A DNA stretch of 63,495 bases, counting the filler, from Octopus bimaculoides (Eukaryota): assembly GCF_001194135.2 (NCBI RefSeq). It is 7 parts of 7 records of this genome, joined end to end, with 100 filler letters (N's around TTAATTAATTAA, not from the genome) between each part and the next. Parts side by side here need not be neighbours in the genome. Positions count along the whole stretch, not along the records: positions 46,080 to 54,597 come from NC_069003.1; positions 54,698 to 59,190 come from NC_068984.1; positions 59,291 to 62,086 come from NC_068981.1; positions 62,187 to 63,495 come from NC_068986.1; 3 more parts are not named here. The stretch is one strand, 5' to 3'. Of the stretch, positions 51,594 through 63,495 are shown piece by piece; the stretch's first letter is position 1; each line of letters starts with the position of its first letter. The notes under the pieces were generated by a model that worked only from the letters and a program-made list of their open reading frames with translations, had not been told where the DNA came from and ran no database searches. A program made the translations under genes and the position numbers.

Positions 51594-54500
51594 NNNNNNN
51601 NNNNNNNNNNNNNNNNNNNNNNNNNNNNNNNNNNNNNNNNNNNNNNNNNNNNNNNNNNNNNNNNNNNNNNNNNNNNNNNNNNNNNNNNNNNNNNNNNNNN
51701 NNNNNNNNNNNNNNNNNNNNNNNNNNNNNNNNNNNNNNNNNNNNNNNNNNNNNNNNNNNNNNNNNNNNNNNNNNNNNNNNNNNNNNNNNNNNNNNNNNNN
51801 NNNNNNNNNNNNNNNNNNNNNNNNNNNNNNNNNNNNNNNNNNNNNNNNNNNNNNNNNNNNNNNNNNNNNNNNNNNNNNNNNNNNNNNNNNNNNNNNNNNN
51901 NNNNNNNNNNNNNNNNNNNNNNNNNNNNNNNNNNNNNNNNNNNNNNNNNNNNNNNNNNNNNNNNNNNNNNNNNNNNNNNNNNNNNNNNNNNNNNNNNNNN
52001 NNNNNNNNNNNNNNNNNNNNNNNNNNNNNNNNNNNNNNNNNNNNNNNNNNNNNNNNNNNNNNNNNNNNNNNNNNNNNNNNNNNNNNNNNNNNNNNNNNNN
52101 NNNNNNNNNNNNNNNNNNNNNNNNNNNNNNNNNNNNNNNNNNNNNNNNNNNNNNNNNNNNNNNNNNNNNNNNNNNNNNNNNNNNNNNNNNNNNNNNNNNN
52201 NNNNNNNNNNNNNNNNNNNNNNNNNNNNNNNNNNNNNNNNNNNNNNNNNNNNNNNNNNNNNNNNNNNNNNNTTTGAGTGTGTGTATGTGTCAAAGGAAGT
52301 TATTTTATGGCATTCTTTCGTTTGAAGAAGCAAAGTTGTCAACTCAACATAATTTCCGTAAATCGTTTTAATTTCTATATGTGTTGAAGAGAGCAGAAAT
52401 TGAAACAGAGGATAAAGTGAAAAGGTGACATTTGCTTTGAAGTGAGAGGAGTAAGTAAAAGAGAGGAGAAAATGTAAGATGTACGTGTACATGAAATGGC
52501 CGTGCATGTGTGTGAGAGAGAGAGTGAGTGAGTGAGTGAGTGAAGGTGTGTGTTGTGATGTATGAATTTTTTGCATTATCTTTCATACACACGCACATAG
52601 CGGAGGTAAAGTATATGCACACCACCCATTTTCGGTGTAACCTTAACCTTAAAGACTGGGAGTGGGTATTCTCTGCCTTCACCTTTAAGTACATATGCAT
52701 ACATCTTTCTTGTGCATGAGAGAGAGAAAGAGAGTGTGTGTGCGTATGTGTGACAATATTTCCTCATAACATATAGAAAATGTATGTCTTTAATGCGATT
52801 TTTTTGGTTGTGGCTTATTTTAATACAATATTTATGTGTACATTTTCTTAAATGTTTGCCTGAGTAGAACTCTATGCATGCGTGAAACATTGGAAGCAAA
52901 TCGAAATATTGTCCGAATATGACCTGAAAATTGTGCGAAAAAACGTAGTTGCAGAGGTTATTTTGGTTGTAAAAAAAGAGTTGTTGAGTCAAAAACATAG
53001 TTCATTTGGTAGATAGGAAATAAGCAGCTTTCTTTATTATAATACAGATGTGACAAATTCAAAGAAACATTACTTTCATTATTCATACATCGTCACTCTC
53101 GTAATGCAACACTTTGTAATTTTGGCTCAAATTGAAAGTGTGAAACTATTTTCATTTTCTAACGAAACCTGCTCGTTGTAGAGAAGTGTATTTGAACTAA
53201 CTAAAGCTGGTTGTTGAGATAATGTAGAAAATATGTTAATGAAAATAAAGTTTATTTGACATGTGTAATTGATTTGATTGTTGCCTTAACATCAGTTAGC
53301 AAGAATAGAAGTCATTTGAAGTTCAAGCGAAACGAAATGTAGTCAATATAGATGCAAAACATACTTTCTGTAGCATAGTTATGCTATAAAAAAAATAGAA
53401 AGTCACTAATTTAGCAAAAGTTACTATGCATCATCAATGTAACAAAGTACAGAAAGTCAACATTTATTTTGAACTTGTACTAAATGTTATAAAATTCACG
53501 ATTGAATATCACGATGAAGAAAGTAAAAGTCCAAGAAAATTCAGAAGGCATAATTCAATTTTTCATGCAAAAATAATTTATTTTACAATTTTGAAACGAA
53601 CGCCGAACCAAGTGTATAGAAAGGAAGATGCTGTTGTAACGTTAATTTAAAGTATTTGCAGAAGGATGTATGTAGCAAGATATAAATTAATTTGACATAA
53701 CTACATATTTTTTTTAACTGTGTAATGTTATAGGCTGTAGAATAAATACTGACTAACACAGTAAAAAGGTTGTGCGATGTTGATACTCACAGTGATGAAG
53801 AATATAAGGACTGCTAAGAAAACATTATCATGAAACTGGTTAGAAGGAGTGGAATAACATTTCTGTAATTATATTGAAAGAGCTGTGGTTTTCTACTTCG
53901 CCAAGTTTCTGAATTTGTTGTAACCAGAATAATTTTTGTTTTTTTTTTCACACATACTTGCGAGTATTGAGTGGTGTTAAATCAGCCAAATTTTCATGTT
54001 GGTCTTCAAAGTGAACGCTGTTGTTCGTTTAAAGTCCAGGCCGCAACTAAACTTTCAATATCGGCGCGTTTCACTGTCAGGCGGGAGAAAGTTACATACA
54101 TAAACTAAGACACACGCACACCTGAAGCCTATCTCTGTCCCTGTGTATGTCGGTCGTCACACACACACACATATGTCAGTCATAGGCCTAACATAGGTAA
54201 CGAATGCGTGAATACATTCATATAGAAAGTGTGATGGCATTGTCGTTGTGGTGGTGATGTAATATGTCGTTTACGATACATAACTTAAAGAAAAATGACA
54301 ATGTTAATTTTTTGTAATGCAAATATGTGAATGAAAATATAGTTTAGTTGCTAGCTAAAAGCCTACTGAATCTTTTGATACTCCATACGTCAAAATAATC
54401 AATTCGGTTTCGGAATGCATAAAGAATATATACGCGCGCACACACACGTATGTGTTCTTGCTCCTCTTACTCCATTCTGTTTTTCTAAGGTATGTAGCCT

Positions 54501-56446
54501 TATGTGCACATGCGTTCATGTCCTTGTGTGTGTGTGTGTACGTGTGTGAGTATGCTTGTGTGTGTATGGAGAGAGAAAGAGAAAGAAAGAAAGAATANNN
54601 NNNNNNNNNNNNNNNNNNNNNNNNNNNNNNNNNNNNNNNNNTTAATTAATTAANNNNNNNNNNNNNNNNNNNNNNNNNNNNNNNNNNNNNNNNNNNNATA
54701 TATATATATATATATATATACTACATATGTATTTATATATATGTATATACATATGTATATATACGGGTGTATAAGAACATGCATGCACACATACATACAT
54801 ACAAGGTGGAGTTTTCAATAAAAAAAAGTCAGCCAGTTAACGTGTATATTACAAATACAAAATAAGTAAAACAATAAAAATATGTAAGTTTTCTCAAGTT
54901 GAAAATGAAAATTTGTCTTTGTTGTCTCCAAAGATTGAACTCTTCATCTTTGTTAGAAACCGATTCCTTCCTTACGGGAAAACTTCTAATAATTAAAAAT
55001 AAAAGAGAACATAGAAACATTAAGACTGCTAATTAATTTAGATCAACGCATGTTCTTGTAAAACATCATGGATGTGGCTTTTTACTTCTGCGAGGCACCT
55101 AGAGTCTTCTGCACGATTTTGGCAACGATGGGCGCCTCTTTCAGCAGCTCTTCAGACAACTTATCACCCATGTCGACCCATGACTTCATTCCTCATGCAA
55201 TTTTTTATTGAATGTTTTGCTTTTGAGCTACGGCCAGCCATTGCACGCAACACAGGGCCTGCCCCAATCTCTAAACAGAACCAGGACCAATCTCTAAACA
55301 AAATATGCATTTATCCCAAAACGAATTACTTGTCTACAACACTGGATACAACCGAAGTCGCGTGTGTTACACTGGAGTGTTCCTTGTCCGAGAGAGATAT
55401 CCAAGCAAAGACTAAGGTTCTCTCGATCCCATCTTCTGGAGATGGCTTTTGATTCAATAAAGTTTAAAAGAGGACGGTTGTCAATGGATACCCAGCTGGA
55501 TACACATACACACACACACATACATACATACATACATATATATATGCATACATACATAGGTACGACGTATATATACATATACGTACGTACTTAGACACGT
55601 TTATAAACATTTTACACACACACGCATATGCATATACATGTATATACCTCTGTATGTATATATGTGTGTTTATGTATGTATATATNNNNNNNNNNNNNNN
55701 NNNNNNNNNNNNNNNNNNNNNNNNNNNNNNNNNNNNNNNNNNNNNNNNNNNNNNNNNNNNNNNNNNNNNNNNNNNNNNNNNNNNNNNNNNNNNNNNNNNN
55801 NNNNNNNNNNNNNNNNNNNNNNNNNNNNNNNNNNNNNNNNNNNNNNNNNNNNNNNNNNNNNNNNNNNNNNNNNNNNNNNNNNNNNNGAGAGAGAGAGAGA
55901 GTAACAGAAAGTGTGGGTGTATATTATGTTGAATTGAGAAAGAAATATAGAGGTGGTGGTGGCGACAGAGACAGGGGTTTGCTGCAGAGAGCGAAAGAGG
56001 AAGAATGACAGGAGAAGATAGAAAGAGAGCGAGAGAGAAAGAGAGAGAAAAGAGAGTGTGTGCGTGTGAGAGTGAGAAAGTGTGTGTATGAGAGAGGGAG
56101 AGGGAGGAAGAGAAAGAGAGCAAAGTGGTGCAAGACTAAGATAGAAGTCTGGTGTGGTGGAGGTGGTGGTCGTGGTGGTGTGTGTGTGTGTAAGTACGTG
56201 TGTGTGGTGTGTGTGTGTGAGTATGTGTGCATACGTACGCACATGTGTGTGTGCGTGTGCGTGTGCGTGTGCGTGCGAGCGCTGATTACTGCCTGCATAA
56301 ATCTATTTAGCAGTTTACTCATTCTGGAATTTGAGCTGAGTGTCGGTTTGTATGTTTCTATATGTGTGCGTGTATACATGTATAAATGTGTGAATATCTG
56401 TGTGTATATATATGTCTCTCGAGTATGTATGCTTATATTTCTTCAT

Positions 56447-56484
<38 letters not shown>

Positions 56485-56699
56485 TCACACACACACACAC
56501 ACAGTCACACACACACACACATCTGTATTGAACCCCAGCTCTATACACGGCAGCGTGAATGTATACAAAATGCGTATAAATAGTTGTGATTGTGTGTCTG
56601 TATATGCAAACATTACGTATGCGCCTCTCTACGTGTGTGTGTGTATGCCTGCCTATGTGTCGGTGCATATTTATGTATATATGTATATATGTATCTGTA

Positions 56700-57290
56700 C
56701 GTGTACATGTGTGTGTGTTGCGTGTGGCAGTCTTTTTGCCGGTGTTTTGTTTCTTCAAGTCTCTACTGGTCGCAAAGAACATCTGCTTGGCCGGAAGGGA
56801 CAACAACGGCCGTATCCAATAGAAAATTCTGCTTTCATTTCAGCACTTATCGATCTGGAAACTTCCTTTTCGCTTTTACTCTTTTTGCTCCACGATTTTT
56901 TTTCTCCTCTTCTTCACGTAAAACATACACACATACATACATACACACATACACACATACACATACATACATACACACATACATACATACACACATACAT
57001 ACATGTATGTCTGTATGTGTGTGTCTGTGTATTTCCTGTTCTGTCTTTCTCATCTACGCCTTCTTTCTTCTCTCTCTCTCTCTCACTTTCTCTTTCTCAT
57101 ATTTTATTCCACTTTTCTTTCCGCCCACCCCCTTTCCTCTGTGACGTGTCAAGCTACGGTGGCGCCCACTGGCGTCAATCGCGACGGATATTTCATCACT
57201 TTGGTGCTTAACGATTTGTAGTAGATCGCTTTTTGAAAATCTCATCGCTAGACACGCCTCGCCCATCCTCTCACCACTCACTTATTCTCT
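56700..57290. promoter_or_regulatory. Candidate CpG-retaining promoter or 5'-UTR blocks (also 54030-54090, 55030-55500, 57840-58027)
   Basis: Unique CpG-rich islands between microsatellites, with CCGGAAG, TGACGT and tandem CCAATCTCTAAA (55265, 55288); no transcript evidence. Confidence 0.3.
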
Positions 57291-57449
57291 ATCTATCTAT
57301 TTTACTTCCTCTCTCTCTTCTATCTAACCCCCCCCCACACCTAATGTCTCATTGCTTTCTTTTTTTTCATTCACTTTGGCTCACCTGTTCATCAATCTAA
57401 CATACATACACATCTCCTTACCAGCATATATGCGATATATACGTACCTG

Positions 57450-57518
<69 letters not shown>

Positions 57519-57535
57519 TTCTCTCTCTTACTATA

Positions 57536-57605
<70 letters not shown>

Positions 57606-58609
57606 TATAGCCCCACCCACATATATATTATAGCCATCTATTCATATATCTATATATTTATCCGTCTATCTAGCAATCTATCTATCTATCCCTCAATACT
57701 ATCTCTCTCTCCTTGTCTCTCTCTCTCTCTCCCTCTCTCCCCCTCTTTCTCTCTCTCTCTCTCTCCCTCTCTCCCCCTCTTTCTCTCTCTTTCTCTCTCT
57801 CCCTCTCTCGCTCGCAGCTCTTTTCCTTATTATCCTCTCTCCGATGTCATTCCGTTCTGGAACCAAAGAATGGTCTATGAAGTACTCTGCCTCTCCAGTT
57901 GGCTGCCGGCAGCTGAAATCCGTGATATTTCTTTTGCCATTATTTATTTATTGATAACTATTGCTAAAGAACCTCTGAATACTCAATTACAACCCATCAG
58001 CGGCGGCGACCATATCTCTTCTTGCTCNNNNNNNNNNNNNNNNNNNNNNNNNNNNNNNNNNNNNNNNNNNNNNNNNNNNNNNNNNNNNNNNNNNNNNNNN
58101 NNNNNNNNNNNNNNNNNNNNNNNNNNNNNNNNNNNNNNNNNNNNNNNNNNNNNNNNNNNNNNNNNNNNNNNNNNNNNNNNNNNNNNNNNNNNNNNNNNNN
58201 NNNNNNNNNNNNNNNNNNNNNNNNNNNNNNNNNNNNNNNNNNNNNNNNNNNNNNNNATATATATATATATACACACACATACTCATAAACACACACACAC
58301 ACACTCATTCATATTCTCTCCAAATGTAAACGAGTGGGTATACAAAATAGAAGACCGCATTAAAAATATATATGTAAAGATAATACAACATGAAATATAA
58401 GGATACAAACACACAAAGAGGTGAGTGCGTGATTAGGAAGTTCGCTTTGCACCCACGCACGTGTGTTCGATTCCATAGAGAAGCCATGTGGGAAAGATTT
58501 CCTACTGGAGATTGACGGAATCAGTACAGTATCCCGTCGTATACATACATGCATGCATACATACATACATGTACACACATACACACACACACACACATAG
58601 CTAAAAGAA

Positions 58610-58880
58610 GAAAAGAAAATGGAGATAAGGAAGTGAACAATTATTTATTAAGAAACAAATTAGTTATCTTCGCTTCTTACAGCCGTTTCAATTAATACCC
58701 CAAAATTACAAATTTATCCATTAAATTTGCATTTCTGTGACATGAGCATAATTTCATCAGAGAAAAAAGATGTACTTCTCAAGGTACATTTTTTTCTCTG
58801 ATGAAATTATGCTCATGTCACAAATACAAATTTCATAATAAATAATTGTTAACTTCCTTATCTCCATTTTCTGTTCTTTT
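58610..58880. repeat. Long inverted repeat (foldback) of a Penelope-type end
   Basis: 58723-58775 pairs with 58784-58833 (8-nt loop); 58610-58650 pairs with 58836-58880. Confidence 0.9.
58674..58764 (-). ncRNA. Hammerhead ribozyme motif with an extended stem II
   Basis: TTCT-CTGATGA-AATTA...TAATT-GAAA-C-GGCT-GTA-AGAA: 4-bp stem I, 5-bp stem II base, intact core. Confidence 0.7.
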
Positions 58881-59101
58881 AACTGTATATAAACTATATG
58901 CTTAATATATACCTATTGTTTTAAGGGAATTTCATTCCCCCCAAATATTAAGTATTGAACCAGTATTTCCTTGAATGTATCCATCCCTTCACGAGGTTCA
59001 CATATCCTCTAATTATAATAATAATAATAATAAAATATGCATACATATATATATATATAGACTCATACACACACGCATTCATATTCTCTCCATACAGATA
59101 G

Positions 59102-59170
<69 letters not shown>

Positions 59171-59541
59171 TATAGATAGATAGATAGATANNNNNNNNNN
59201 NNNNNNNNNNNNNNNNNNNNNNNNNNNNNNNNNNTTAATTAATTAANNNNNNNNNNNNNNNNNNNNNNNNNNNNNNNNNNNNNNNNNNNNTATATATATA
59301 CATATATGTATACACAGATACACACAGACACATACGCACACACGCACACACACACACATACACACTCACACGCATACACACACACATACGCACACTAGAA
59401 TCCAAGGGGACTGTTGGTGGCGGGGCAGATTCATTGGTAAGAACTGCAGTTATAGTATCAAAGTAAAATTACTGTAGTTGATACTCTATGAGGGAAGACA
59501 TCTCTTGCAAAACGGCCGTCTAACTCGACATATATATATAC

Positions 59542-59602
<61 letters not shown>

Positions 59603-60249
59603 TGCAGATATATACAGAAATACAGATATAAATTTACATATACACATGCATACGTATATANNNNNNNNNNNNNNNNNNNNNNNNNNNNNNNNNNNNNNNN
59701 NNNNNNNNNNNNNNNNNNNNNNNNNNNNNNNNNNNNNNNNNNNNNNNNNNNNNNNNNNNNNNNNNNNNNNNNNNNNNNNNNNNNNNNNNNNNNNNNNNNN
59801 NNNNNNNNNNNNNNNNNNNNNNNNNNNNNNNNNNNNNNNNNNNNNNNNNNNNNNNNNNNNNNNNNNNNNNNNNNNNNNNNNNNNNNNNNNNNNNNNNNNN
59901 NNNNNNNNNNNNNNNNNNNNNNNNNNNNNNNNNNNNNNNNNNNNNNNNNNNNNNNNNNNNNNNNNNNNNNNNNNNNNNNNNNNNNNNNNNNNNNNNNNNN
60001 NNNNNNNNNNNNNNNNNNNNNNNNNNNNNNNNNNNNNNNNNNNNNNNNNNNNNNNNNNNNNNNNNNNNNNNNNNNNNNNNNNNNNNNNNNNNNNNNNNNN
60101 NNNNNNNNNNNNNNNNNNNNNNNNNNNNNNNNNNNNNNNNNNNNNNNNNNNNNNNNNNNNNNNNNNNNNNNNNNNNNNNNNNNNNNNNNNNNNNNNNNNN
60201 NNNNNNNNNNNNNNNNNNNNNNNNNNNNNAGGTCGATAAAATAAGCACT

Positions 60250-60634
60250 GTTGTTGTTGGCACTCCGTCGTTTACGACGTCGAGGGTTCCAGTCGATCCG
60301 ATCAACGGAACAGCCTGCTCGTGAAATTAACGTGCAAGTGGCTGAGCAATCCACAGACACGTGTACCATTAACATAGTTCTTGAGGAGATTCAGTGTGAC
60401 ACAGTGTGACAAGGCTGGCCCTTTGAAATACAGGTACAACAGAAACAGGAAGAAAGAGTGAGAGAAAGTCGTGGTTGAAGAGTACAGCAGGGTTCACCAG
60501 CATCCCCTGCTGGAGCCTCGTGGAGCTATAGGTGTTTTCGCTCAATAAACACTCACAACGCCCTGTCTGGGAATCGAAACCGCGATCCTATGACCGCGAG
60601 TCCGCTGCCCTAACCACTGGGCCATTGCGCCACC
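60250..60634 (-). mobile_element. Young tRNA-derived SINE with a perfect 12-bp TSD, nested in a family C SINE
   Basis: A-box TGGCCCAGTGG, B-box GGTTTCGATTCC, (CAA)n tail; TSD AAAATAAGCACT at 60238-60249 and 60635-60646. Confidence 0.9.
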
Positions 60635-60874
60635 AAAATAAGCACTATGGCCTATGTAATTGACTTATCCCCTCCACCGAAACTGCTGGTCTTGTGCCAA
60701 AATTTGAAATCAATAAGGGGTTATGAGTAAAGTAGGCTTCATAAATGGAATTGGCATTTTTGAAATATTTCGTTTTGATGTCTTAATTTGTAATATTTTT
60801 GATGTGAACTCGTGTTGAAATAGTTTGTTTCACTGAAAACAATTTTAGTAAATTAAGAATAATTCATACTTTTA

Positions 60875-61103
60875 TTCTTTTATTCTTTTACTTATTTTAG
60901 TCATTTTGACTGCGGTCATGCTGGAGCACCGCCTTTAGTCGAGCAAATCGACCCCAGGACTTATTTTTTGTAAGCCTAGTACTTATTCTATCGGTTTCTT
61001 TTGCCGATTGCCAAACCGATAAGTTACGGGGACGCAAACGCACTAGCCCGTTTGTCAAGCGATGTTGAGGAGGACAAACACAGACACACAAATATATACA
61101 CGC

Positions 61104-61193
<90 letters not shown>

Positions 61194-61356
61194 GTATGCG
61201 ACAGGCTTCTTTCAGTTTCCGTCTACTAAATCCACTCACAAGGCTTTGGCTGGATATAGTAGAAGACACTTGCCCAAGGAGCCACGCAGTGAGACTGAAC
61301 CCAGAATTATGTGGTTGGTAAGCAAGCTACTTACCACACAGCCACTCCTGCGCCTA
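60875..61356 (-). mobile_element. SINE family A, full length
   Basis: Head, internal (TA)n and tail are all present. Confidence 0.9.
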
Positions 61357-62030
61357 TTACGTATAAAAATCTTTTATTGATACAAATTTACGATTAATAC
61401 GATTAATAACTTTTATTACAATTTTTTTCTCAAATACGCGCACGCATGCACGCATACACACACACACACACACACACACATATGCATACATGCAAGCATA
61501 CATACATACATACATAATACATTACATTATATGTCTTGCAAACAACACATATAATGTAATGTATGTATGTATGTAGATATGTAGATTGTGTTTGTGCTTA
61601 CTTGCAAAGATCGCGCACAATATATATATGTGTGTGTATGTATGTGTGTATATATAGATATATATATACATATACTTTATTAAACATATATATATATACA
61701 TATACACACACATATATACACATACTCATAGCTTTAAACTTGTGGTGAACAAGTGAAGAATAAATACTTTAGTTTGTTTACAAGTTATATCTTCACCAAT
61801 TTCTCCTGTCTTCGCAAATGTATCTCTCTGTCTCTCTCTCTTTCTCTCGTCTTATAAATGTGTGTGCGTGTGTACGTGTGTGTGTCTGTGCGTGTGTGCA
61901 TGCGCGTTTGTGTATGTATGTGTGTTGCATTTACTTATTGTATTCACAGTATGACATACATTGACTCATTCTGTAAAACATTATTTCATTCTCCTCTAAT
62001 TCTCTCTTATTCACTGTAACTCTTTCTCCC

Positions 62031-62086
<56 letters not shown>

Positions 62087-63039
62087 NNNNNNNNNNNNNN
62101 NNNNNNNNNNNNNNNNNNNNNNNNNNNNNNTTAATTAATTAANNNNNNNNNNNNNNNNNNNNNNNNNNNNNNNNNNNNNNNNNNNNGAGGTAACCCAGAC
62201 ACTGCAAAGACTAAGCAACTGGAAGGCACCTGGACACGACAAGATCCCCAATTTCTGGTTAAAACACCTGCCAGGAATGCATAAAAAGGTGGCAGAAAAC
62301 TTTAACAACATACTAGCAGATCCAGAGACAATGTCTTTTTCTTTTCGACTGTTATAAAACTGAAACTCTAAGACCGATGATGTCATTCCATCAATGTGTG
62401 GACGCTGGTTGCTCTCGTTCATACTTTAAATCTAAATTTTTATAATTTTGAATTTTTATCACCTCCCATTTTGAACTTGACAAAGACAGACTTACTGTCG
62501 AAATATCGTTCAACCAATAAAATATCTATTACAATCGAATCGCTCATTTTATCTTGGCTGTTTACCTTTGTAAAGAGTTACGTCAATCCTTTTAAAATTA
62601 TTATTATTATTATTACTATTATTCCCCCAAAAGTTTCAAGTCCTTGTGCTTAGAGCAGAAATCATTATTATTATTGTCATTATTATTACTATTAGGCAGT
62701 GAATTAGCGGAATCTTTGTTATCAGAAAAACATGCCTAGTGGCATCTGTATCGGCCCTTTACCTTCCAAGTTCTATTCCCGACAAGGTAAACTTTGCCTT
62801 TCATCCTTTCATCGTCGATGAAATAAAGTTCCAGTCAAGTAATGAGGTCAATGTAATCGACTAAACCCCCTCCCGCAAAATTGCTGACCTTGTGTCAAAA
62901 TTTGGAACAATTATTGTTGTTATTGAACTTTCCTATTCTAGTAACGCAATAGGGGAAATAAACAAACTTCTTTTTTCCATTCTGTGCTCTGAGACAAAAG
63001 GAATTTAGCAATTACCCAACCAACATCACATATACATAC

Positions 63040-63119
<80 letters not shown>

Positions 63120-63423
63120 CTGGATGGAGGTTGGGCCAATCCGACTTGATTATTATTTAGTCGTGTATACAAAGATATCTTGTCATATGATACAACTACA
63201 TTCAAACGCCTGTTTGCTTGAAAGTCTCCACCCTGCAGTCACATGAGAACGAAATGGCTATTCTTTGTCTTCTTTTCTTTGGTAAGATACAAGATAATGG
63301 TGTGAGGGTGTGGCCTTCAGAGCTGATTTCGATTCGACTATTTTGCTTACTTAACAAATTAATGTGTATATATGAATATTTGTGAGCGTTCGTCTATTTA
63401 TCTCTCTATCCATATGTCAATTA

Positions 63424-63495
<72 letters not shown>

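Noticed and set aside
53371-53386. Palindrome TAGCATA-GT-TATGCTA
   Set aside because: A 7-bp arm is expected by chance in 63 kb of AT-rich DNA
55110-55160. CTGAAGAGCTGCTGAAAG on the minus strand, hammerhead-like
   Set aside because: No G10.1-C11.1 pair and no stem III/UH arrangement
60560-60634. tRNA-like A and B boxes (also in family A heads)
   Set aside because: These are SINE heads with TSDs and tails, not cloverleaf tRNA genes
7644-62142. Six copies of the palindrome TTAATTAATTAA
   Set aside because: Each is centred in an N spacer of fixed size; it is a synthetic scaffolding linker

Overview
Repeat-saturated, AT-rich, gappy eukaryotic scaffold. The SINE families and microsatellite load resemble Octopus; this is from recall, not verified. 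I can support no intact host protein-coding gene, and nearly all supplied ORFs are microsatellite or N-gap artefacts. The window contains: a Ty3/Gypsy pol relic lacking the integrase core, a Gypsy protease fragment, a solo LTR with a TSD, three RTE LINE copies of one family plus an unrelated RTE-like 3' end, an R4/Dong-type 3' end, two mariner relics, a maT-type relic, Helitron remnants, several MITEs and three or four SINE-like families. Three signals stand out. (1) At least 7-9 minimal type I hammerhead-ribozyme motifs with palindromic stem III sit in Penelope-like element ends, two of them in inverted-repeat arrangements. (2) An RTE LINE has a twin-priming-type 5' inversion. (3) The RTE ORF carries a PHD-like C4HC3 finger, and its 3' UTR holds a 66-bp hairpin array shared with abundant non-autonomous copies. 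Coordinates were read by eye, so element edges are approximate unless a TSD or TIR is cited.
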